Below, piece by piece: positions 1 through 14,033 of a stretch of DNA of 64,000 nucleotides (its first letter is position 1; each line of letters begins with the position of its first letter). The notes beneath the pieces were generated by a model. The model did no database searches. It was given only the letters and a program-made list of their open reading frames with translations, and had not been told where the DNA came from. The stretch covers positions 10,664,001 to 10,728,000 of the forward strand of contig OX597818.1 of the NCBI GenBank assembly GCA_951406725.2, in the 5' to 3' direction. This DNA comes from Octopus vulgaris (lineage: Eukaryota). Made by a program: the position numbers and the translations under genes.

Positions 1-1639
1 ACAATCGTAGAGGCATTATACTTCAAATATAACACACATCTCCTACAATCATAACATAAGCTTAGAAATATTTTATAGTTATCCAACTTTAAGTTTAAAT
101 GTATGAACACATGCTGTCAAAGAATTCTTAAATTTAATTGCTTTCTATTCTATGTCAAATCATAGATTACATGACAATTTTAACAGAAATTCAATTAACA
201 TAAGCTATTCTTGTTGCAAACATTTTGCAAGCCCAGTTAACCATTTAAGTTCCAAAAATATCTCCAAGTACAATAGTCTCTTCTATTTGTATCTGCATTT
301 CCCCAAACATTTGCCATCTTAATAAGCAATTTACATTTGAAAGTTCTAATTTTTGTAATAAAGATCGACAAGACAACAATTTACCCAGAATTTACATTAG
401 ATTAGTTGAAAGTTTAGCTTTTATTAACCTATTGAGGTAATTAGTAAACCATATAAGAAATTTTCACAAGCTGTTCCAAGCACATGTGGATTTTAAAGAA
501 AACAATTTTGGTGGCATTTAAAATCAAATAGCCTAATCTGTTTTTTCTCTGTACTTCCATGGCATTTAATATTTATATTTACGCTCAGAGCAAATACTCA
601 GCCTGCATGCACCTAGAGATCAAACTGAATGACATAAAAGATCTACCATCCAAGAACTGGTACAGTCCATCAAGGGGGTTTTTGGTCGATTTCCTTCTAC
701 TCAATGTCACAATGTTTGGATCATCATCATCTTCCATAAAAGCAATGCTCAACCAATATTGGAATCTAGGCCTTCTTCAAAAGGAATATATTTTAATCAG
801 ATGACTGTGCATGTATTCATCTACCCAGAAGTAGGAAGTTTTACTAATTTTCCAATTGGCTGGACAGTAACTTTACCAACAGGCAGCCTACCTATTTTTG
901 GTGGGAATTTTTATCAAAATTGTCAAATGCGTTTTTTTTTTTTGTTACAGTAAAGTTTGAACTCATGATCAAATGAGAATAAACAGTCTAGTGTGTACCC
1001 TAATTTAATCATAGTTCTCCTATTTTGTAATTTATCCCTGGTGCTTTATCTTCTGTAAATTTAAGTGAGTTAGTATGGGGAGTGTAACTAACCAAAACAC
1101 AAGTACAATATCAATTTAAAATTAGATGCAAGGAATTTTTGGTCACGGTGAAAATGACACTTGGGTTTCAATATTTGGGGATTTTTAACATTTCTTCCAG
1201 GGATAACAGGAAAAGCAGATTCAGTTTCAAATATAATTTTCATTACTTTTATGAGATTTTTGTTGTCTTAAACAACATTTGTTGTGTTTCTTTACACCTA
1301 ACAACTTCATACTTATAAAAGAATCTGTAGACAAGCTGTTACACTTATTGTATAGACTGTTTATATGTTTTTTTCCTCCAACAACATGTGGTATGTTAGA
1401 AATTTTGATTGTTTTTTCTCTAGTAAAGATTTTCCTTTGTTCATTATTATTTTTCTTTTTGGATTGTTTTGTGTGATATATGAGCAGGAAGTCAAGAAAC
1501 TAAATATTTTGTTCATTTTTGGAATGTGTTTAGTTTTGCTCTTTGCTTTTTGACATAAAACTGTTTCATTTGTTTGAAAAATAAATAGAAACTGAGGAGT
1601 GAAAACAGAACAAAAAAATACATACACACACATATATAC

Positions 1640-1691
<52 letters not shown>

Positions 1692-2659
1692 GTATATATA
1701 TATATATATATACACATACATGTATATATAGATGAGATAATGACAATGAATATGGTACAAGTCACAAAACCACAAGTTTATTATAGTTTCATAAAATAAG
1801 ATTATATTTATGTACATACATTTTTGTCAAGAGTCATATGGCCTCAGCTAAAACCAAAACTTGTTTATGAAATTACTTTACCAGAATTTTCCGCCCTGTT
1901 TTACATTGTTCATAGTTCATGAAAATAGCAATCCTTTATTGGCCACAAGGACCTGTATAAATAATATAAAACACGTCATACAAAAATGGTTTACAATACT
2001 TGAGAAGTTAACAATAACTAATCTTGCTTTCTGCCCTTTGCTACCATTATGAATAATTTCCTCCCTGATACCATAACGCGGAACACCTGTAGAGTGATCT
2101 TGTGATTTCCAGTATTATCAGGATCTGCATATTCATACAGACCCCATCCAACTGCATATTACTATGAGTCACCTCCAGTTAATGGAATGCACATTGACAA
2201 AAATTTACCTTTAACTTTACATTGAAGGACACATATGGAAGTCCCCTCATTCCTATGTTATGTCCCTCGTCTTTTTTCTGGAGATGAGGAGTCACTAGAT
2301 TTTCTTACTTACCTCTTATGTGTATTATTTTTTCAGAAGCTGACCTATGGGCAGCATTTCCTTCTGGCCCACAATATGTTTAAAAAAAATGTCCCGCTAT
2401 TATAGTTGCTTTTGTTGTTATAATTTGCATTTTTGTCATCAGATTCTTTCTTTTTTGAGGTACAAATGACTGTGAAGTTGTCATGTTTTCTGTTTATTTT
2501 TTCAAATATTTTCTCTTTGCAAAATATTTAAGGGAGTATTTGTTGCTTGTACTTCATTCTGCTCCACCAGGGCTATACATTTTGTATCACAAGGAAAAAC
2601 TATTAAAAACAAAAAACTATCAAAATATAAAAAATAAATCAATATTTTATTGACTTTCA

Positions 2660-2968
2660 TAGAATAGAACTCAGAATGTAAAGAACCAGAACAATTACCA
2701 CCAGGTATTTTTCCTGTGCTTTAACAATTCTACCAGCATTCAATAACAATAATGATAATACTTTCTACTAAAAGCACAAGGCTTGAAAGTTGGTGGGAGG
2801 GAGTAAGTTGATTACATCGACTCCAGTATATAACTGGTACTTAATTTATCAACCCCAAAAGGATGAAAGGCAAAGTCGACCCTGGCGGAATTTGAACTCA
2901 GAATATAATGGACAAAATGCCTTGCTTGCTAACAATTCTGCCAGCTCACCACCTTCATAATAATAATG

Positions 2969-3001
<33 letters not shown>

Positions 3002-3422
3002 TTTGTAATTTAGGTACAAGGCCAGCAATTTTTTGTGGGAGGAGGGGTAGTTAATTATATTGAACCAATGTATGACAGGTACTTTATTTTATTCTTAAAA
3101 TAATGAAAGGCAAAGTTGACTTCAGCAGGGAAATAAATGTGATCTGTTATCAAACTATTTCTAAACCACAACAATAACTAATAATAACAATTATTATTAT
3201 TATTATCCTTTCTAATTTTGGCACAAAGCCTGCAATTTTGAGGAGGAGCTAAGTTGATTACATTGCTTCCAGTGCTCAACTGGTACTTAATTTATTGATC
3301 CTGAAAGGATGAAAGTCAAAAATCAGCCTTGGTGGGATTTGAACCCAGTACATAAAGACAGACAAAATGCTGCTAAGCATTTTGCCCAGTGTGCTTGCAA
3401 TTCTGCCAGCTTGCCACCTTAA
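2660..3422 (-). mobile_element. Cluster of about four partial family-A tRNA-derived SINE copies with (AAT)n tracts
   Basis: Repeated reverse-complement motif aaaggatgaaaggcaaagtcgac...ggcggaatttgaactcagaa...attctgccagctc (2760-2955, 3005-3130, 3205-3420), matching the plus-strand copies at 28919 and 33369. Confidence 0.85.
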
Positions 3423-3799
3423 CAACTATAATAAAATTATTAACTTTAATAGATTTAAAGCAATTCAAAAAAAAAAAGAAAAAAGATGAAAGCCGAGAGA
3501 AAACCAGCTTCCATCTTGCAATCCAAAGTTATTATAAAATCTAATAAAGTCATCATCTCATCTTTTGATCATTATTATGAAATTGCAAATTGGAAATGTG
3601 GCAAAACATGTTATTCAACATTTTGCCAACTCACTTAGCAGTCGGAGACAGGTAATCAGGTGCTAGATTTTTATTAGTCTGTATGATTTTGTTTTCAACT
3701 GGTGTTATTGAGATATTTGTAGCGTTTAACCTTTTAGTTATGCATTGTTGGAATTTATCATGTGATATGAAATTTAACTCAATAATATTTTTATCTTCC

Positions 3800-4020
3800 T
3801 GTTGTTGTTGTTGTCGTTTAGTCCAAGATCGGTTCTTGTTTGTGAAGACTTATAAACAAAGGTGTTTCAAATATGACCGTCTTGTCTTGTTTTTCCAAAC
3901 ATAAAGTTATTTGAGATGGCCTTCTTTTCTTTTTTAAGACAGTAGTATGTTGTTTGAGGAAAATTAAGCTAACCTTTCTAGCATGTCAAGCAGTCAAACC
4001 ATATACAAAGCACCCTTGCC
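3800..4020 (+). mobile_element. Family-F dispersed repeat (unclassified, SINE/LINE-3'-like). Related copies at ~4780-5015, 5520-5690, 6960-7260(-), 39900-40110, 42330-42735
   Basis: Shared motifs gtttagcc..ggtca..ctgat..agcagacctatgatcaaag and ttaagacggtagggtgtgatttgagggagatttggctgctatttctagca in several diverged copies. Confidence 0.6.
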
Positions 4021-5697
4021 ATTAAGTAGTAGTGATGGTGGTGGCGGTGGTGGTGATGGTGGCAGTGAAGGTGGTGGTGGTGGTGGTGGTGGTGGTGGAT
4101 GTTGTTCTTGTTCTTGTTTTACAAGCAGACCTATAACAAAAGATACACCATCCACAACAAATTATTGTCTTTGTGTTTCAGATATAAATACCACATCACT
4201 CAATTTGTACTTCCATTTTTAAAAGACTTTAATGTGGTACTTCAAAGACATGTGCCTGCTATTTTCAGTAAATTGAACAATTCTATAGAAGCTTTCTTAT
4301 CGCATAAGCTGCCACATGGAGAAAAATCAAAATTTTCAGTATCTCATTGGCCTTTGTTATCACATTTTCCCCCCTCTTCAGTCTTTTGTGGTAATAATAG
4401 AGACTGGATAGTTGGAGGAATAAAGTGCCGGACAATCTGCCCCTAAGTTTTTGAGTTCTGGTCCATTAGGGGCACTTCATTTTGTATCAATGGCAAAACA
4501 TATTTTATACTATTCCACTTCACCTCACCATCAGAGAATGATGAATCTGATAATCTGGGAGTGTTATCTACAATAGACTAGCATCCTATCCAGAGTAACA
4601 TTTATCTCTTCTACATAAGGCAGTGCTAAGTAACAGTTATGAAAATCTTCTCTTTTTCTTGGTGGTATTAATTCATTTTACATTTCTTAAATATTAGGGA
4701 GGGGTTTATCATTATGAATAAAGTTATATGTTTTGGTATTTTAATGGCAAATAAAATAGAATACTGAATTAGTCATGTGTTGTTTGGAAATAGGTTAGCT
4801 CTGGTCAAACACACCTATGTTCAAAGGTTCCAACTATGACAATCCCACATTGTTTTTTGTTGTTTTGTTGGGGTTTTTTTTTCACAGTTTATCTTAAGAT
4901 TTTATTAGCAATGTGTATTTCCTATTTTTAACAAAGAAGGGTGTGATTTACTGGAAATTTGCCTTCTGTTTCTGACAGGTTGAGCAACAATGAATAAGCT
5001 TCCACTTTGGCTCATATAATTCCATTTTCAGTGGCATTTAAAAATGTAAATGAAGTGAACTTTCTGAAACTAAGAATGAAAATTATGTTGAGGTGTCAAA
5101 TTGCCAGGAGTTTGCTTCTTACCATACTGGCATTTGCCAAATCAATGTGTTCAGAACAGACAGCATAGTTGTGAAAAATGTCTGAGTTTATCCTAATTCA
5201 AGGTTCAATACAACCATAAATAGTACATATCAAATTAAAACAAAAATAATTATTCACATGGTCCGTTAACATTTTCTTTCAATATATATATATATTTCTG
5301 CCTTTAAATTCTAGTTAGTTGAATCATTATGTCACTGAAGACTATGTCTTTAGACTGGCTCCACCATATTTCTGACAAAATCCTGTGTCAAATTTCTCCA
5401 TATGCTTATTACAGTGGAGCCCCTTCAGATTTTAAAGGCAGCTTTTAGAGACACACTAAAGAAACCTCATAGGCTTCATAATTATTTATAGTCCTGCTAC
5501 TTTGTAGTAGTTTCTATTGTCTTGCCCTAGTTCAGCCTTGTTTAAGAAGACCTAGGATCAAAGTCATTCTTGCTTTGACCTTCCTAACTTTTTGTATTTT
5601 CTGGACTTCATTATCCTATGTACCCTTCCTTTTTTTTAAGATATAAGGCAGTCATTGCAGCTGTTTCTAGCAAGTCATTCAGCTGTGCAGAGATTTT

Positions 5698-5734
5698 CCT
5701 CCTCCTCCTCCTCCTCCTCCTCCTCCTCATCATC

Positions 5735-5767
<33 letters not shown>

Positions 5768-5890
5768 CTGTTCAACGTCCACCTTCCATGGTGGCATGGG
5801 TTGGACTGTTTGACAGCAACTGGCCAGGCCAGAGACTGCACCAAGCTTCTGTGTCTGTTTTGGAGTGGTTTTTACTGCCAACCACCCAGC
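5698..5890 (-). mobile_element. Family-C element 3' end (RTE-LINE-related tail) with (GAT)n/(GAG)n tail
   Basis: (cat)n-...aacgtccaccttccatggtggcatgggttggactgtttgacag matches the 3' end of the RTE at 15701 and the copy at 17285-17610. Confidence 0.75.
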
Positions 5891-7729
5891 AGAGTGTTTA
5901 GTTTTATTCTCAATCAGTGTGCAAGTCAGATTTGAGGTGAAGCTCTGACTCTCCTTTGACAATGATAGTAAACAAGCAGCTGTCCATTCTGCTATATTAA
6001 AAATAGTGGTGATATCTAGAGTCCCAAGGAATCTAATGAGAGTCTATATTAGCAATAATGATAACAATATCTAATATTTTATTCATGTGCCAATAAATTA
6101 AGTTTCTGTAAAGAACAAAACCTAATGTTTTGAACAGAGATTTCAGATTCCTTTGTTGAAGAACTTTTGTCTAAAACCTCATTTTTTTTCACTCATTAAA
6201 GCAACTAGACTGACTTACTCTCTCTTTGAGTTTTATACTTGAGATCTCCTTAATGTGGCAGTGCCTCAATGCTACATCTCAACTGTCTAAAATTATAATG
6301 TTTGTGAAGACATCCATTTCAGATGCTCTTTCACATAAACTGAAGCTAACAATGTTTTTAATTTAAATATCTGCACAAGAATCACTCTCTATAGCTAAAA
6401 TATGTTATTAATTAAACAGTAAAATTCTGTCAAGGTTTCAAACCCTTTTACATCAAATTGTCAATATTTAATTAGCTTGTTGATTGAATCCTATTTTTCA
6501 CTCTAGAACAAAGGAATGCAAAGATCAACAGTGTGTTTCTTTTATTTATTTGTTTGGTTGTTCATTTTCCAAGTGGATTCTAGAATTTTCATTCTCCCTC
6601 CTCCCAACTTACCGCCATCACCTTCTCTTTACGACACAGCTGCTGTTCCTGTTGAAATATCTATGAGGTTTCTTACTGAAGTTAGCTTCCCTAGTTTAAA
6701 CCTCTTCCACCCTTTTCCTTTATGTCATTTTCCTGCCAATCTCAAGATGGTCTGCAGAGCTTGAAATATTTGGGAAGATCAGTAATTAATCTTTTAGCAG
6801 CCATGGAAATTGTAATATAAGATGTTACCAATAACGTAGAATGTATACCATATGCCAACACACATACGTGTCAAATGCTGTTCAGAAACCAAAAGACAAA
6901 AAATAATCTTGCACACATTGGATAATATAGTTTTAGATACACTATATAAATAAAAGTCATGGTGGTCATCGCAGGAACACATTTGAGCATAGATCCACTC
7001 AGTCATTGCTGACCTGGGGCTAAAAAACAACAACCATCGCTATCTCCAACACAAGTCAACAACGTCGATCATCAGACTAAAAGTAACAGTCCAGTATTTC
7101 TCAAATCACATCCTACCGTCTTAGAAATGGAAGAATATTTTGGCCATTGTTAGCCCTAGATTTACTATGTCAGAGCAAAAGATCAATAAATTAAAGCCAC
7201 GAAATTTTTGTTTGTAGATCTGCTTGATCAGTGCTGACATGGGGTTAGACATCAACAATGAAAACTACATTTACAGAAACAACAGAAAATCACCATAAAT
7301 ATTTCAAAAGCTAAGATATATATGGAAATTTAGCTCTAAATATTATAGATATGTAAAATTAAATCAATCTATGACAGGGAAAACAAGCAGAACATTTGGC
7401 AGGGTCTTGATCACATATCAATCATTTTTTGCCTCCACGCACACATATATGTACATACACATGCACACACAAACACACACGCATACATGTAGAATGCTAC
7501 AGCACCTATCTAACCCTTTAACTAAAATTCCACCTCCCTTTCTCATCTGTATCACACTTAATATCTCACCCATCTTGAAATATTTACTTACCTATACAGC
7601 TTCCCAGGCTATTTGCTATTGATATTCATTATTCATCCTCACTGTTTATTCTCTTCTTACTATCTGTCACTATCCATCACTCTCTCACCTCATCCCCTAT
7701 AGCAAGAAGTCCCAACTAGGGTTCATATG

Positions 7730-8190
7730 GCTTCTTGCTAGATGCTTCATGCACTTGCCTGATGTGGTTGGGGTCATCCAAGATTGGTGGTCCCAGAGAT
7801 GCTATCATGTAAAGAGCCAGCCAGGTCAAGCAGTGCTCTCCATCACTGGTGGTCCCATACCAGCCCCTCTGCATCTTCCAAGTGGCATCAAGCCTCTGGA
7901 GATCTTCCCCAATCATGTCCAGCCATCTGGTGCGGAGCCTGCCATGAAGCCTCTTCCAGCCTGCAGATGCTGCATTGAATGAAAGTAAAGCCCCAGTAGG
8001 AGGATCTAGCAGGGGATGGAGAACATGTCCATACCTGCACATTTGACCAATAGTCATGAGCTGGGAGGCTGCAGATTCATGTGTGTGTGTGCATGCATTT
8101 CTTTGTCAGAAATGTGATGGTACCATCTGAAGTTCTTGATGGTTCTCAGAGATCTGCAATCAAAGCCATCGATTCTTTTTGCCAGGGTCA
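7730..8190 (-). mobile_element. RTE-clade LINE, ORF2 C-terminal relic
   Basis: Translations KRIDGFDCRSLRTIKNFRWYHHISDKE and RYGHVL...GWKRLHGRLRTRWLDMIGEDLQ match the RTE C-terminal pattern RLRWFGHV...KRPRGRPR.RW.D. Confidence 0.8.
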
Positions 8191-8421
8191 TTGAAAAGGG
8201 TCCAAATAAAATTTTGTTGTTGAAATTTATCTGCAATAAATTGGTTATCATTCTAAAATGCACAAACTGTTGTAACAATTTCTTTTTCATACAGTTCCTA
8301 ATAATATCTAATTCTAAAAATACACAAAGACATTTTAAACCTTTAATGGTTATGGTGGTCCATCTGAATAAAATAGGAATCAAAGGGGTCCATAGATAAA
8401 AATAATGGTTGGGAACCACTG
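8191..8421. mobile_element. hAT-Charlie-type MITE fragment
   Basis: Ends in ggttgggaaccactg (rc CAGTGGTTCCCAACC) followed by ctctagag, a Charlie-type NTCTAGAN target. Interior resembles 28509-28764. Confidence 0.65.
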
Positions 8422-8459
8422 CTCTAGAGTGCTGGTGCCACTGTAAAATGAATCCAGGA

Positions 8460-8557
8460 CACTTGGTAAGTTTGATTTTGACTTGTTACTTATGGGTGGA
8501 TGGCATTATGAAGGGCACCCAACCATAGGTAACAAGTCAAAATCAAACTTACAAGTG
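8460..8557. repeat. ~38-bp-arm inverted repeat (hairpin) inside a family-C fragment
   Basis: acttggtaagtttgattttgacttgttacttatgggtgg versus ccaaccataggtaacaagtcaaaatcaaacttacaagt (near-perfect reverse complement). Confidence 0.9.
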
Positions 8558-9887
8558 AGATGTAATCCTCGAAACAATCGAGGAGTTTTGTAACAAGTTG
8601 TAAAATCTATGCAAACATGAAGGCAAACATAAAATGAAGATGATGAGAGACAAAGATAGGGAGAGGGAGAGTGAGAGATGGAGAGAGAAAGAGAGATAGA
8701 ACTGGAAGTATGCACTGGTTCTTGTGTCTTTTTCAAAGGCTTTGGAGATGCATATCTATATATACACATGTACATGCATGTGCACACACATATGCACATG
8801 CACACATATACAAACACGCATTTTAACACGCAGAAGAACTGTGAACAATTTTCAATTATGCAGAAACATGGCAATGTGAGTACAAAGAGTCAACGGCGCA
8901 TGTGCATGAGCACAAATGTGCGTGTGTGTGTGTGTGTGCATGTATGTGTTGTTTATTTCATGTTTATTTCACATTCAGAGAATGTGAGATGTGATAAGAG
9001 GTAATATAAAGCTGAAATATGAATCAATGTTTAGAGAAAAAACATTTCATTAGAAGAAGAAAAAGAAATTCTTCTTTCTGCATCTACTCATCATTTGTTT
9101 ATCCATATTTGCAGTGTGCATATGTATGAGCGTGTGTGTATACAAATATACATTATTGATTATAACACACACACACGTGTGTATGTGTATATGTATATAT
9201 GCGTTTGTGTATATGTTTTATATATATATATATGTATGTATGCATGTGTGTGTGTTTATGTATATATGTGAATGTATTTGTATGTATATATGTACACATT
9301 CACTGCCACACATAAGTATCTCCACATGCTATCGGGTATGTGTGTGTGTGCACGCGTGTATGTGTATGCACATATCTAATACTATGGTTTTGATAAATAA
9401 TATGACCAATATCAGGCAATACATAGCAGCCAATACAGGGATGTAAAGAAAAGTATTTGTATTTGAAAAGCTATACAAGTTAAATTATTGCATTGGCAAT
9501 CATTGGTTTCAAAGGTCCTCATCTTCAGATCCTGTTTTTACTCTACATAGTATAGAAAATCTGAAAAATATTTAAAAAAAAATTTTTTTTTCAAAATTCT
9601 GCTTTTGATGATGGTGAGTATCTCATCCACAAAATGTGTGACTATTTCTCTTTAACAGTGATGGGAGTAAAAAATATTTAATAGTTTGGAGTTGAAGGTG
9701 AAGAAGGGAGTTAGATGTGAAGGATGAAATCAAAAACAGTTTAGGTTAGAGACATGAATTGCTTTAAGGTTGAAAATGTTAAACGTGTGAATAATTTTTT
9801 TCTGGGCCTTTAATATACTTCTGTGGATCCCTAATTTACTATTTTGCTTGCATGGATCCCTAAAAAATCTTACATGGACCCCTAAGT

Positions 9888-10140
9888 GTTATGTTGTTGT
9901 TGTTGTTAAGTAACAAGATGGGTAAGGGTGATTAGGTGATGGTCTAGTGCTTAGGGGCAGGAGACCCCAGACCTTGGAAAAATAAACAAACTTGTGCTGT
10001 CTTGTTGTAGTCGAGGGCTCTTCGTTGACACCCAACACCACTGGAAGGTGACCCTCAAAGTCGCTGGAAATGGAGATCTCCAGGTCCAAGTTCTTGAATG
10101 GCTAAGGCTTATATGGATCCTGTTTGGAGCCAATGATTTG
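9888..10140 (-). mobile_element. Probable retroelement 3' end with (AAC)n tail, family unassigned
   Basis: GC-richer unique-looking segment ending on the minus strand in an (AAC)n tail (tgttgttgttgttg at ~9892-9906). Confidence 0.35.
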
Positions 10141-10710
10141 CAACAATAATAATAATAAAGGTGTAATTAACAAAAGAACAACAAAAGCAGCCACAACCTC
10201 AAATAAAAAGCAAATTTTAAAACTGCAAATACTAGCAGCAATGTGTGCAACAACAATAACAACTATCACCACAACCACCACCACCACCACAGCAGCAACA
10301 AGTACATCAATAAAGACTACAACAATAACAGCAATGAAAACAACTTCCAGTGCTGCAAGAGTAACGAATAAAATCAAGTTTCAGGAGCTGCAGTAACCAT
10401 AAACAAAAGAGTAACAACATCAACAATAAAAACGGAAAGAGTAACAAATAAAATCAACAATACAGCTGTAAAGACAACAACAACCATTACCTCCACCTCA
10501 ACAATAACAACAACAATTTCAACCTCCATCACAACAACAACAACAACTACAACTTCCTCGACAGCAATAGCTGTAACTGCAACAATCATTTCCAGGAGAG
10601 CAACAGCACCGACTGTCACAATCACAAAAACAACCACCACCACAAAAACAAGTCATTACCACCACCACCAATAACAACAACAACACCAGCAGCAGCAGCA
10701 GCTATATAAC
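10140..10710. repeat. Degenerate (ACA/AAC/ACC)n low-complexity tract
   Basis: Trinucleotide-rich. Internal duplication aagagtaacgaataaaatcaa / aagagtaacaaataaaatcaa. Confidence 0.85.
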
Positions 10711-11017
10711 CAGAACAATGAAAATGGAAGTAGGTGAACCAAACATGTTGAAGGTTGATAGATGTATGAACTGCTTTGCTTTCGGTGTGTGTGAGTCTGT
10801 GTTTAATTGTTTGATGTTGCAGACTTAATATGAACAAATGTAATTTGAACAATCTGATTAAATTCTCTGGCCTTCCATTAAATATTGCATCTCTGTAGAA
10901 AATTGGATGACAGGTACTGCTGCTGTTACTGCTGCTATGGCTGCCATAGTTGATGTGGTTGATGTGATGATGATAAGGAGAAGGAGGAGCAGTAAGAGGA
11001 GGAGGGTGTACGTGTTA

Positions 11018-11239
11018 TGTAGAGATGGGAATGCATACAATGAAGATGACAGCGATTATTTTATTATTATTATTTTACAAGATTCAGTCATTAGATTGTG
11101 GTCATGCTGGCGGCACCTCCCTTAAGGGTTCTAATTAGAACCCTTAAAAGAGGTGCCACCAGCATGGTACAGTCTAATGACTGAATCTGGTACAATAATA
11201 ATTGTTTTTTTCTTCATCATATCCATTCCCATCACTACA
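11018..11239. repeat. ~220-bp spacerless palindrome covering a SINE 3' fragment plus flanking DNA
   Basis: Perfect 26-bp core ttaagggttctaa|ttagaacccttaa (11122-11147). Arms extend to tgtagagatgggaatg / cattcccatcactaca. Confidence 0.9.
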
Positions 11240-12509
11240 ACTCCAGCATTTATTTAGCAACTTAATTTTTTTTTAATTGAGCCTTGTTGACTCATGGTTC
11301 ACTTGAACTTGACTCACATTCCTTTTTATGGAGTCAATATTATAAGGAATATATTCAGTTTATATCACTATACACAAATACAGTCTCATACAGATGAAGT
11401 ATTAAAGGTCAATCTCAAAACGTTGAACTTTATGAAGGAGATGACAGGGGACTGATATGTGGTGCATTGCTGTACTTGAGAAGACCCTAAAACTATGTAA
11501 AAAGTGCCCAGTACATTCTGTGGAGTGGTTGGCATTAGCCAGGGTGTCCAGCTGCAGAAACCAAGCCAAGAAATTGATAGAAAGGTGGAGAAAGATAGAA
11601 GACTGAATTGCCTCTAGAGATTGACTGCCATTTTATTCATTTTTGAATATTTTTTATTTGAATTTAAATGCAAAGAAACGGGGGAAAAAGAGAGAAGAAA
11701 GAAAAGAAAAATGTTTGGGTAAAGCTGCAGAGGACGTAGGAGGAGGCAATGGGCCACATACCCCAGAACTAATGGTATGCTCAGCTGCACCCTGTGGCAA
11801 TAGTCACAATAGTGTCACTGCTGAGAAAGGCCAACACTTGCTCCAACAACCATTCCACCTTGCAGGACTCATTTCTCCAACAGGTCACCATCATCCCTAT
11901 TTTGTGGAGGAAATCAGTCTAAAAGTGATGGAAAGTGAAGTCAAGCTTGCTGGGACATTATCTGGCACAGAGAGCCACAACAAATATCAAATACCACAAG
12001 ACATTTTATCTAAAATTCTGATCATTCTAACAACTTGCCATCTTGAGAAGCTCACTATCCAAATCTCATTTTTCATTTTGCATGTTTTAGAAACTAGGCA
12101 ATGACTTCATATAGCGCTGTTGCATGTGCTTTGCACGCTTTCCATTACATATAATAATATTTAGCTCAAGATAATTTGATTTGTGTCATGTAGAATACTC
12201 TTGAGTGTATATGATTGTAAATGCGTGTTTGATTGTGTGTATGCTTACGTGTATGAGTTTGCAAACACGCACACAAATTTAATATCACTGTTATTCTGTG
12301 TTTTCCAATTTCTTTGCTATTTTTCTTTTCATACACATTGTAAAACCTCTGACGTTGTTTTATAATTTGTTTGTAATAACCACAAACTATCCACAAACCT
12401 TCTGTCAATAAAGGAATTCATCATCATCACCACCACCATTGTATTCCTTTGTGTTTCAAGTTTAAATTAATGTGTGTATGCATGGGTGATTGTGTGTGTG
12501 AATGTGAAG

Positions 12510-12905
<396 letters not shown>

Positions 12906-13318
12906 GTGCTATTACAGAGAGAGAAAGAGAATGTAAGCACAAGCAAATATCATTGTATTTTATTTACATAAACTGTCCAATGTCTATCAAGTCATCACAT
13001 CTATTCATTGATTAAACACGCATATGTTTGTTAAAGTGTAGGAGTAGTGAGCTGGGAGAGATAAAATGCTACATAAGTCACTTAGACATAAATGGCACTT
13101 GTCTTAACAAGAAGAACTTACAAGCAGACAGCTACCAGACTACAAGGCTCCGCTTATTAACAGACATCTCATCAAAAGTCAAATAGTTTTAGACATAACT
13201 ACTGTCATATATATATGTGTGTGTGTACATATGTATATAAGTATGTGTCCATTTGTATGTATATATATATATATACACACATATATATGCATAGAGATTT
13301 CACAAGCCTGTGTGTGTT

Positions 13319-13384
<66 letters not shown>

Positions 13385-13492
13385 CAAACATATAAATATA
13401 GATCCAAACACACACACATACATATGACAGGCTCGAACCAGGCCTTCTGTGTAAACTTAGTTAAGAGAAACTGAAAGAATCTAGTCTTATGA

Positions 13493-13533
<41 letters not shown>

Positions 13534-13777
13534 GATTGTGGGAGTGTGCTAGAGAAGCTGTGGTTGTATCTTCTTTTATTTTTATCACCTTGTGTGATAG
13601 GTGTGATGAGGGCAGAGGGAATTTTATAGCTTGGCTGGAGACAGGTGAAGATTGGTGTTACAAAGGACATCTGGTCATAGAAATTCTGCTTCAATGAATT
13701 CTGCTTGACTGCTGGAACTATGTAGAAAGTCATTTTAAAACGACGATAAAGCTGATATATGTATGCATATATGTACA

Positions 13778-13829
<52 letters not shown>

Positions 13830-14033
13830 AGATAATGGTGTCATTGAGACCCAAAGGTGTCAGGTAATGCTGAATAAGCGCTATAGACAGACCATAGTTA
13901 AGTTCCAGATTCGGTAATATTGCGAATAAAGGGCTCAACGGTGGTTCTATGTCAGCATGTGTATATAAGAATTTTTTGCGTAATAAGATAAAAAACCAAG
14001 GCTGTATAGATATTAGAGCATTTATAGATAAAA

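Larger units (their letters stand above)
1..6960 (-). pseudogene. Decayed intronless coding-like block of unknown origin (candidate endogenous viral/large TE relic), split by SINE and microsatellite insertions
   Basis: Manual minus-strand translation of the non-repeat pieces gives protein-like runs broken by scattered stops and frameshifts. Examples: ~3800-3560 EDKNIIELNFISHDKFQQCITKRLNATNISITPVENKIIQTNKNLAPDYLSPTAK*VGKMLNNMF; ~4560-4230 PRLSDSSFSDGEVKWNSIKYVLPLIQNEVPLMDQNSKT*GQIVRHFIPPTIQSLLLPQK; ~740-590 AFMEDDDDPNIVTLSRRKSTKNPLDGLYQFLDGRSFMSFSLISRCMQAEYLL. No family recognised. Confidence 0.5.

Noticed and set aside
10124-10643. Thr-rich mucin-like and Val-rich ORFs
   Set aside because: Degenerate (ACA)n tract with stops and no splice or domain support.
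11643-12104. 153-aa ORF
   Set aside because: TTG start in low-complexity DNA and no recognisable domain. Only a faint resemblance (HPYFVE) to a CR1/Jockey-group LINE C-terminus, too weak to call.
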